Below are positions 57,210-64,000 of a stretch of 64,000 bases of DNA, piece after piece. The position numbers and the translations under genes were made by a program. This DNA is from a virus (Duplodnaviria; Caudoviricetes): the IMG/VR virus record IMGVR_UViG_3300020434_000055, one strand, 5' to 3'. The stretch's first letter is position 1; each line of letters begins with the position of its first letter. The notes under the pieces are model-generated. The model was not told where the DNA came from, searched no databases, and saw only the letters and a program-made list of their open reading frames with translations.

Positions 57210-57587
57210 ATGAAAATAGTAGAAGTAATAAGCTCTTTAGAAGTAGGCGAGAGTTTTGTACAGGTATGGTCAAGAAAAGGCGGACAAATGGTACGTAGGT
57301 ATCGTTGTACTGCTGGACCTCGAAAAGGTAGGATTGTATCCAATCCATTAACTTGTACTGCTCCAAAAAGATTCTCAGGTATAATGTCAATCAAAAGAGC
57401 AAAAGCTCGAAAAGGTTCTGCACTTAAAGTTGCTAGAGCGAGAACTAAAAGAGCAACATTTTCAAGAAGAATATCAAGATTAAATAGAATGGCTGGTGCA
57501 ACTGTGAGAGGAAGAAGTTCTTCCCCAGCATTTGGCAGAAAAAGTTCTTTTGGTAGAAAAAGTTCTTTTGGCAGAAAAAGTTGGTAA
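57210..57587 (+). CDS. Arg-rich basic protein with C-terminal FGRKS triple repeat
   Basis: RRYRCTAGPRKGRIV..P..C; 18-nt repeat x3 at 57531-57584. Confidence 0.7.
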   Translation: MKIVEVISSLEVGESFVQVWSRKGGQMVRRYRCTAGPRKGRIVSNPLTCTAPKRFSGIMSIKRAKARKGSALKVARARTKRATFSRRISRLNRMAGATVRGRSSSPAFGRKSSFGRKSSFGRKSW

Positions 57588-57588
57588 T

Positions 57589-57966
57589 ATGAGATATAAA
57601 CAAATTATAGAATCAGATTATATTCAAAATTTAATAAAAAAAATGGGTGCGGGAGCAAGAACAGGAGCACCAGTTCCTCCAGGAATTTTACCTAAAGGTG
57701 CAATTAAATCACCAAGTGCTAAATCTGATATAGACCGAATTAATAAAAAAGCTGACCAACAATTACTACAACCGGGAGATAATATTCCTATCCCTACAGG
57801 TCCTAATAAGGAAAAAGATATGGAAATAGATAAGACAGACGCAACTACTGTCACTCTAAGAAACCCAGACGCTCAACCCGGTGAGCCCGTAACAACCACT
57901 CTTAATAAGAAGGATTTAAATCCTGTTATAACAAACTTATTAAGAAGACGAAGAGCACGGACATAA
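57589..57966 (+). CDS. Phage hypothetical protein (start revised from 57532)
   Basis: MRYKQIIE start 1 nt after the previous stop. Confidence 0.65.
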   Translation: MRYKQIIESDYIQNLIKKMGAGARTGAPVPPGILPKGAIKSPSAKSDIDRINKKADQQLLQPGDNIPIPTGPNKEKDMEIDKTDATTVTLRNPDAQPGEPVTTTLNKKDLNPVITNLLRRRRART

Positions 57967-57970
57967 ATTT

Positions 57971-58186
57971 ATGAAGATTAATGAATTAATAGCTGACTTT
58001 AAAGTCTACGTTTCAAACGAAGAAACAGATATTTTAGGTAAACTAAAAGAAACAAATCGTTTAGACAATTTTACTGAAAGAGAACAAACTATAATTCGAA
58101 ATCTTATAAACAAAAGTCTTGTACAAAAAATTGTACAAGATGGACAAGTCCGAGTGGTTGCAAATGAATACAAAAAATCTATCTAA
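57971..58186 (+). CDS. Phage hypothetical protein
   Basis: MKINEL start. Confidence 0.7.
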   Translation: MKINELIADFKVYVSNEETDILGKLKETNRLDNFTEREQTIIRNLINKSLVQKIVQDGQVRVVANEYKKSI

Positions 58187-58589
58187 AAAACTTTTAAAAC
58201 TAATAGACAGAAACATTCATAAGGTATGCGTACCTATTCAAAATGGCAATAGTGTAAGATTAAAACACCTAATTATACGTGAAAATAATTACGGTCATTT
58301 AGTATATGATCTACGAGACAACAAACAAATTACAACCACGTTTACTAAAACGGCGGCTGTAGCTATAGCTAAAAATCTAGCAGAAGGACAAAACCACTCA
58401 ATTGACCGTATAATAGACCTAGATAGGGAAATTCAAGCAAAATATAATAAATGCGTCCAATATAAAAGTACAATGATCAATTCCGACAATCCTATTAGTA
58501 TAGACAATGCCAATATACGTTACGATATTACGTGGGAGGATGTACTAACTCTAAGGGATAGTCTGGATCAGTATGTATTTGATAAATAA
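58119..58589 (+). CDS. Phage hypothetical protein (true start probably downstream)
   Basis: ORF track. Confidence 0.65.
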   Translation: MYKKLYKMDKSEWLQMNTKNLSKKLLKLIDRNIHKVCVPIQNGNSVRLKHLIIRENNYGHLVYDLRDNKQITTTFTKTAAVAIAKNLAEGQNHSIDRIIDLDREIQAKYNKCVQYKSTMINSDNPISIDNANIRYDITWEDVLTLRDSLDQYVFDK

Positions 58590-58608
58590 ATCATATAGAG
58601 GATATTAG

Positions 58609-59721
58609 ATGAAGATATCGCAATTTACGACAAAAGTTACAGCAGAGCAAATGAACAAAAGGTTAGCTGAAACCTTCGGGACCAGCATTAACTTGGATAA
58701 GTTCACCTTAGAACAACTCCAAACAGCAAAAGACAAAGTAGTTGGTAAAATTTCTACCCTTCAAGCTCAAGAAAATTTCGATCAAATAAGCCATAATGAA
58801 GAGTATCAAAAACAAAGAATGTTTTTAGATGTAATAAATGCGGCAATTGAAAGCGGTATGTCAGATATCCATGTAGGTGCTCAAGAGATAGTAGGCGAAT
58901 ATACAGATGACGTGGATCATTTAGCTAAACCTAAAGCTGATGTTATAGCAGATTTAGAGCGAAGAGAAGCTGAAGCAAAAGACCCTACAGAACAATATAC
59001 ATTACGTACTGCAAAAGACATGGTAAAAGATGGCTTTGATGAACAAGGAGACGCTATTCCAGACCCTAGTGATATGGCACCCGAGAACATAAATACAGAT
59101 ACAATGAAAGCACAAGATTTAAAAACAACCGAAGCAAAAGGCAAGGACCATGACAAAGATGGCGATGTCGATTCAAAAGATTATATGAAATCAAAAGATA
59201 TAGCAATTAAAAAAGCAATGAAAAAAGAAGATATAAAAGTTAAAGAAGGCGCAGAAGAATCAGCACAATTAGTAATGGCGGCAAAAGATATGGTTGACAA
59301 AATCACAGGCTGGATGGAAGACACAGCGTCTATGCAAACAGAATCAATGCTAGAATTAAGCGATGCAATTAGAGATGAAATAGGCTCAGAACAATCAGAA
59401 ACATTTGTAAACCAAGTTAAGCCATCACTTGAATCATTATATTCAGCTTTAGAAGTTACAAGAGAATCATTAACAGGAGGCGTAGCCGTCCTGACAGGCG
59501 AACAACTTCCCGCTACAATGGGAACAGATACAGAAGAACCTGTAGTAGAGCCAACAGATGATATAGCAGATTTACCTCCAGCTGAAGATGACTTTGGAGC
59601 GAGCGAACCTGCAACTGGTGGAGATTTACCAGCAGACAGAGGCAAAAGAGAATCAATTTTAAGAATGTCAAGAAGACTAGCCGAAACACTTTCAAAGAGA
59701 CCGTCAAAAAAAAAGGCTTAA
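58609..59721 (+). CDS. Acidic phage protein (possible prohead core/scaffold-like) with EF-hand-like loop; ends in a slippery A-tract
   Basis: GAGG SD; DHDKDGDVDSKDY; A9G at 59706-59715 just before the stop. Confidence 0.7.
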   Translation: MKISQFTTKVTAEQMNKRLAETFGTSINLDKFTLEQLQTAKDKVVGKISTLQAQENFDQISHNEEYQKQRMFLDVINAAIESGMSDIHVGAQEIVGEYTDDVDHLAKPKADVIADLERREAEAKDPTEQYTLRTAKDMVKDGFDEQGDAIPDPSDMAPENINTDTMKAQDLKTTEAKGKDHDKDGDVDSKDYMKSKDIAIKKAMKKEDIKVKEGAEESAQLVMAAKDMVDKITGWMEDTASMQTESMLELSDAIRDEIGSEQSETFVNQVKPSLESLYSALEVTRESLTGGVAVLTGEQLPATMGTDTEEPVVEPTDDIADLPPAEDDFGASEPATGGDLPADRGKRESILRMSRRLAETLSKRPSKKKA

Positions 59722-60041
59722 CTGAGTCCTCTGACACTCTTCTTATCCAAACATTAAGAAATTTAATTAGTAGTGCTAATTCTAAAGAGCAAACTGCTTA
59801 TCTAAATTTTGATGCCCTTAATAGAATAATGCAGAATGTTGGAGGCGGACAATATAATTTCCAAAATTTCAAACAAGCATACGATACCATTCCAGCTGTA
59901 AAAAATATAGTTAAAACTTTTAATAGAGATGGTATTGAATTAAAAACTAACGTAACCGATTCTAATCCAGATATAACAGATAAAAAGAAAAAATCCGATA
60001 TTCGCGGCATGGCTAAAAGAGCTACCTCCAAAAGAATGTAA
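59715..60041 (+). CDS. -1 frame extension of the upstream gene (track calls only 59829-60041)
   Basis: Frame open from 59592 with no ATG/GTG/TTG until 59829; 108 codons GLTESSDTLLIQTLRNL...KRM follow the slippery site. Confidence 0.6.
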   Translation, partial: GLTESSDTLLIQTLRNLISSANSKEQTAYLNFDALNRIMQNVGGGQYNFQNFKQAYDTIPAVKNIVKTFNRDGIELKTNVTDSNPDITDKKKKSDIRGMAKRATSKRM

Positions 60042-60044
60042 TGA

Positions 60045-60073
60045 TTGACTTATTTTGGATTATATTATATAAT
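60045..60073 (+). promoter_or_regulatory. Sigma70 promoter
   Basis: TTGACT(60045-50)-17 nt-TATAAT(60068-73). Confidence 0.75.
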
Positions 60074-60094
60074 TAGACAATGAAGGAGAATATT

Positions 60095-60202
60095 ATGGCT
60101 TGCAATAATGAAAATTGCCAATGTGAAAATTGTACTTGCGATCCTTGTTTATGTACGGAAAGCAACCAATGTTCTTGTCCTAAAGAACAAACAGATGAGT
60201 AA
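60095..60202 (+). CDS. Metallothionein-like peptide (35 aa, 9 Cys), not in ORF track
   Basis: MACNNENCQCENCTCDPCLCTESNQCSCPKEQTDE*; four CxC pairs, no aromatic residues; GAAGGAG SD. Confidence 0.8.
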   Translation: MACNNENCQCENCTCDPCLCTESNQCSCPKEQTDE

Positions 60203-60635
60203 TAGAACTAAAGAAGAAATTGCTAAAGACATCAAATTCGTGCTGGAAGATAAAGTAGCCCCAGCTGTTGCCCAACATAATGGATTTATAAATTATTTGG
60301 ATTTTGATATGGAATTAGGTGTGGCAAAATTAGAATTAGCAGGAAGTTGTTCAGGATGTGCTATGTCTAAACAAACACTACATCAAGGTGTGGAAGATAT
60401 GTTAAAGCATTATGTTCCAGAAGTTAACGCAATAGTAGGCGAAGATGATGAAAAAGCAGTAGAACAAGGTTATAGTCCTTTTGTACCATCAAATCAATAT
60501 CCTGAAGAAGAAACAGAAACAGAATCAGAAAGACTACAAAAACAATTAGAACCTATAGATGCTATTGACAATGTTGATGGTACTACAGAATTAGACAAAA
60601 TAGATTCTTTGACTACAGAAAATAATAAAAAATAA
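60195..60635 (+). CDS. nifU: NifU/Nfu C-terminal-domain Fe-S carrier (start revised from 60108)
   Basis: L..KVAPAVAQHNG.I..L.F....G...LELAGSCSGC.MS..TL..GVE.ML..YVPEV. Confidence 0.9.
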   Translation: MSNRTKEEIAKDIKFVLEDKVAPAVAQHNGFINYLDFDMELGVAKLELAGSCSGCAMSKQTLHQGVEDMLKHYVPEVNAIVGEDDEKAVEQGYSPFVPSNQYPEEETETESERLQKQLEPIDAIDNVDGTTELDKIDSLTTENNKK

Positions 60636-60640
60636 ATTTA

Positions 60641-61324
60641 ATGTCCTTAATTACCCAGAAGTTTAAGTACGAAAAAATGTCACGTACATTACTTGAAGGT
60701 AAAAGAGTATACCAAACTCCAGACGGAAACAAATTAGCAAGTGTTACAACAATCCTAGACGCAACTAAAGACAAAACTCATTTAAACAGATGGCGTAAAA
60801 AAGTAGGCTACGAAAAAGCTAAACAAATAACAAAAGAAGCCGCCAGCAGAGGTACGACAATGCACAAACATCTAGAGACTTACATAAACAAAGGTGTATG
60901 GCAAACTCCTGGATCTAATCCATATCATCAACAGGCTTTTGAAATGGCTAAAACAATATACAAAAACGCATTAGTAGATGTAAATGAAATATGGGGTTGT
61001 GAAGTTGGATTATATTTTCCTAAAATTTATGCTGGTACAACTGATTTACTAGGTTTATATAAAGGAGAGCCAACAATAGTAGACTTTAAACAATCAAACA
61101 AATATAAACGTGAAGAATGGGTAACAGATTATTATTTGCAGTTAGTGGCTTATGCAGAAGCACATAATGAAGTATATGGTACTAAAATAAACGAAGGACA
61201 CGTATTTTTATGTACTAAAGATCTAAAATACCAACAATTTGATTTAACACCCGAAAATTACAATGAATACAAAGATATGTGGTGGAAACGGGTAGAAAAA
61301 TACTATACTAATCACGCAGACTAA
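60641..61324 (+). CDS. PD-(D/E)XK exonuclease
   Basis: SVTTIL, RGT.MH..LE, E..LY....YAG.TD, IVDFKQS, Y.LQL.AYA.A. Confidence 0.9.
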   Translation: MSLITQKFKYEKMSRTLLEGKRVYQTPDGNKLASVTTILDATKDKTHLNRWRKKVGYEKAKQITKEAASRGTTMHKHLETYINKGVWQTPGSNPYHQQAFEMAKTIYKNALVDVNEIWGCEVGLYFPKIYAGTTDLLGLYKGEPTIVDFKQSNKYKREEWVTDYYLQLVAYAEAHNEVYGTKINEGHVFLCTKDLKYQQFDLTPENYNEYKDMWWKRVEKYYTNHAD

Positions 61325-61372
61325 ATTTCAAAACACAATACACTCGATAAATACAGAGTAATAGGAAAAAAC

Positions 61373-62989
61373 ATGGCTATTGTATCGATATCAAGAATAC
61401 AGATTAGACGAGGAAAAAAGAACGTAGGATCAGGGTTACCCCAACTTGCTGGTGGTGAGTTCGGTTGGGCAATAGATACCCAGGAATTATTTTTAGGTAA
61501 TGCTTCTGTGGCGGAAGGTGCTCCTTCTGTAGGAAATACTAAAATCTTAACAGAGCATGATAATTTATTTGAACTCAGTAATCAATACATTTACTTAAAT
61601 GGTTCTGTTGTACAAACAGGAACAACTGCATTAGATCACATTACAAGAACTTTACAATCTAGACTAGACGATTTAGTAAGTGCTAGATCATTTGGTGCAG
61701 TAGGTGATGGTGGAGAACAAACAAGTGCATTACAAAGAGCAATTGATCAATTATTCGTTAATCCAGCAACCGTTGGAAATGAAACAAGTAGAGTTACATT
61801 AAAACTTCACGCAGGAGTATATACGATATCTCAAAGTTTAAAACTTCCTCCTTTTACTAATATAGCTGGGGATGGTAGTGATAAAACTATTATAAAACAA
61901 ACAGGAAATTTTCCTATTTTTATTACTGAAAACGGTTTACGAACACCTGACACATCTGGTAACCAAGCGTCTACTACTACACTTAATCAAGCAAGACACA
62001 TATCATTAACAGGCATGACACTTGAAACTGCAGGTAACAATGCAGGATTAGTTTTACAAAACTGTATTAATAGTAAATTTGAAGATATTAAAATAACAAG
62101 TGATTGGAGTACAGGAACATCAATTCTAGCAGATCAAATTGGAATAAAATTAATAAGTTTAAGTACAGTAGTTACTAATACTAATAATAGTTTTAATAAA
62201 ATTTATATATCTGGTTTTAGTTATGGTGCATTTTCAAATTACGATATAATGAATAATAATTTTTCAAATAGTGTATTTGAAGATTTAGGATATGGAGTAG
62301 TATTTGGTAAAGATACAATACTTGGAAATGTAGGTCAAGCTACAGGACCTATTAATAATGTTATTACTAATTCTAGATTTACTAATATAGACAAAACTGG
62401 TTTTTGGGTAGAAAATGGTTATGGAAATACTAGTTCAAATAATCATTACACATTAGTTGGAAATGACGGTGGTGTAGAAAATCTTCCAGCTTACGGAGTT
62501 ATTAAATTTAGTTCAAGAAATAATTCATCAAATGGTGATCACTTTGCCAGAACTAGTTTTTTATCAACAAATACTTCTTATCTAACTAACGTTCCTTACA
62601 TTCCAGAAATAGAAGGAATATATGCAGGTGATTTATGTCATTCGATGACAACATCTATTGGCTATATGCCATCTGCTACTAGAGTATTAAGATTACCTGC
62701 TGACTCTAATAAAAAATATAGTGTTAGTTACATTTACAAAAGTAATGTCGTTAATGCTACAAGAACAGGTACAATTAACATATTAGTTAATCTTACACAA
62801 GGTACAACTAAATTGGAAGATGAATATGATTATGACGGTGATGTTGTATATAATACTAGTATAGAGTTTTCTAGTGTACTATCTGATGAAAATGCCGATG
62901 CAACAAAAGAAACACTAGTAATTTCAGCTAAAAACACTACAGTTGGGGATAATGCTTCATTAATTTTCCACGTATCTGTTTTATCATAA
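61373..62989 (+). CDS. Tail fibre/baseplate-associated protein with beta-helix region
   Basis: RIQIRRG....LPQLA.GEFGWAIDT.ELFLG N-terminal module; SARSFGAVGDG..Q.ALQRAI pectate-lyase-like start; TAAATA upstream. Confidence 0.75.
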   Translation: MAIVSISRIQIRRGKKNVGSGLPQLAGGEFGWAIDTQELFLGNASVAEGAPSVGNTKILTEHDNLFELSNQYIYLNGSVVQTGTTALDHITRTLQSRLDDLVSARSFGAVGDGGEQTSALQRAIDQLFVNPATVGNETSRVTLKLHAGVYTISQSLKLPPFTNIAGDGSDKTIIKQTGNFPIFITENGLRTPDTSGNQASTTTLNQARHISLTGMTLETAGNNAGLVLQNCINSKFEDIKITSDWSTGTSILADQIGIKLISLSTVVTNTNNSFNKIYISGFSYGAFSNYDIMNNNFSNSVFEDLGYGVVFGKDTILGNVGQATGPINNVITNSRFTNIDKTGFWVENGYGNTSSNNHYTLVGNDGGVENLPAYGVIKFSSRNNSSNGDHFARTSFLSTNTSYLTNVPYIPEIEGIYAGDLCHSMTTSIGYMPSATRVLRLPADSNKKYSVSYIYKSNVVNATRTGTINILVNLTQGTTKLEDEYDYDGDVVYNTSIEFSSVLSDENADATKETLVISAKNTTVGDNASLIFHVSVLS

Positions 62990-63196
62990 AATAAATTTGT
63001 TTCCTACTAATAAACTAAATCATAATATTATACTTTAATAAACAACCATTAGTTTAAGCACCATAAAATGATAAGCATTATGAGTAAGAATACGTTTGAC
63101 AAATTATAAAATTTTGTATATAATAAGTCAAAACATCAATATAGATAAATAGTACTTTAAAAGAGATCAGCGGACAGGAAAAATAAATTGAATTTT

Positions 63197-64000
63197 ATGG
63201 AAACTACGACAACAACACAATCGTATAACTTAATCAAAGTAAAAAAACGTACAGGCAAACTTGAACAACTAGATATTAATAAAATCCATTTTGTAGTAGA
63301 AGAAGCGTGTGATGATTTACCAGGAGTGAGTTCATCACAAATCGAAATGAATGCTAACATACAATTTTATGATGGCATAACAACAAAAGGCATTCAACAA
63401 ATTTTAGTTAAGTCTGCAAACGACCTTATTACTTTAGAAACCCCTAACTATCAATATGCCGCGGCAAGATTACTTCTTTATGATGTACGTAAAGAAGCAC
63501 ACGGTCAATACGAATACCTTCCTTTAACAAAATTAATTGAAAGAAATTGTAAACTTGGTGTCTATGATAAAGATGTTATGGACAAATATTCTAAAACAGA
63601 ATCAAAAAAACTTAATTCATGGATACGAAGAGACAGAGATTTAAATTTTACATACGCAGGAATAAGACAAGTTGTTGACAAATACCTTGTGCAAGATAGA
63701 AGTTCAGGTCAATTATATGAAACACCGCAAGATATGTATATGATGATTGCGGCTTGTTTATTTGCAAATTATCCAAAAGAAAACAGAATGTCATACGTTA
63801 AAAGATATTATGACGCAATATCACAATTCAAAATTAATATCCCAACACCAGTTATGGCAGGTGTAAGAACTCCTATTAGACAATTTGCAAGTTGTGTTTT
63901 GGTAGATAGTGACGACACATTACCTTCTATTTTTTCTAGCGATATGGCAATTGGTTTATATGTTGCCAGAAGAGCAGGAATAGGAATTAATGCAGGACGT
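63197..64000 (+). CDS. nrdA: Ribonucleotide reductase class Ia alpha subunit (partial, runs off window)
   Basis: ATP-cone VKKRTG..E.LD..KI, IQFYDGITT, PNYQYAAARLL, YETPQ.MYMMI, PTPVMAGVRTP.RQFASCVL, RAGIGINAGR. Confidence 0.97.
   Translation, partial: METTTTTQSYNLIKVKKRTGKLEQLDINKIHFVVEEACDDLPGVSSSQIEMNANIQFYDGITTKGIQQILVKSANDLITLETPNYQYAAARLLLYDVRKEAHGQYEYLPLTKLIERNCKLGVYDKDVMDKYSKTESKKLNSWIRRDRDLNFTYAGIRQVVDKYLVQDRSSGQLYETPQDMYMMIAACLFANYPKENRMSYVKRYYDAISQFKINIPTPVMAGVRTPIRQFASCVLVDSDDTLPSIFSSDMAIGLYVARRAGIGINAGR

Noticed and set aside
60108-60194. N-terminal 29-aa extension of nifU
   Set aside because: It is the off-frame reading of the Cys-rich peptide gene; NifU homology starts at MSNRTKEE (60195).
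50397-63182. Shared 12-mer CGGACAGGAAAA at 50397 and 63171, both in leaders after TAAATA
   Set aside because: Only two copies, purine-rich and partly explained by the SD; too weak to call without a genome-wide count.
63157-63360. Minus-strand 67-aa ORF
   Set aside because: Antisense to the nrdA 5' end, which the track omitted because it has no stop inside the window.
1-64000. Interpretation as a bacterial chromosome segment
   Set aside because: Housekeeping genes are isolated from their operon partners, interspersed with dozens of tiny unknown ORFs, T4-late-like motifs and virion-type genes; no rRNA or ribosomal protein operons. Capsid and terminase genes are not in the window, so phage origin remains an inference.
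1-64000. CRISPR array or alternative genetic code
   Set aside because: No regularly spaced repeat-spacer units seen. Conserved genes are full length under code 11 and end in TAA, TAG or TGA.

Overview
AT-rich, gene-dense window that reads as part of a large dsDNA tailed phage genome (jumbo/T4-like style). The host is probably a marine alphaproteobacterium such as SAR11; this is inferred from the C4-pathway ALA synthase, alphaproteobacterial-type DnaK/SufB/NadA/FdxA and curli genes. Phage evidence: host-like metabolic genes occur singly without their operon partners (sufB without sufCD, dnaK without dnaJ/grpE, nadA without nadBC, hem genes scattered), many tiny ORFs, a recurrent T4-late-like TAAATA/TAAGTA motif before genes, HNH and PD-(D/E)XK nucleases, tail-fibre-like genes and nrdA at the right edge. 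Cargo: five heme-biosynthesis genes (hemA, hemC, hemE, hemF, hemH), Fe-S genes, 11 2OG-Fe(II) oxygenase-like genes, a cell-surface island (FecR-cadherin giant protein, TolC, ABC membrane domain lacking its ATPase, hairpin-less HlyD, second FecR protein, curlin, CsgG, CsgF, CHASE2 cyclase), three canonical tRNAs and two aberrant tRNA-like genes. The most striking signal is absent from the ORF track: an ~160-nt RNase P RNA (16639-16797) with an intact catalytic domain but no specificity domain and no P18, under its own perfect sigma70 promoter. It sits beside two tRNA-like genes that have lost the D/T-loop elbow, and all three canonical tRNAs start 0-1 nt after an upstream stop codon. Also missed by the track: a 35-aa, 9-Cys metallothionein-like peptide and a probable -1 frameshift at A_AAA_AAG. 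All functional calls come from visual motif recognition, not database searches.
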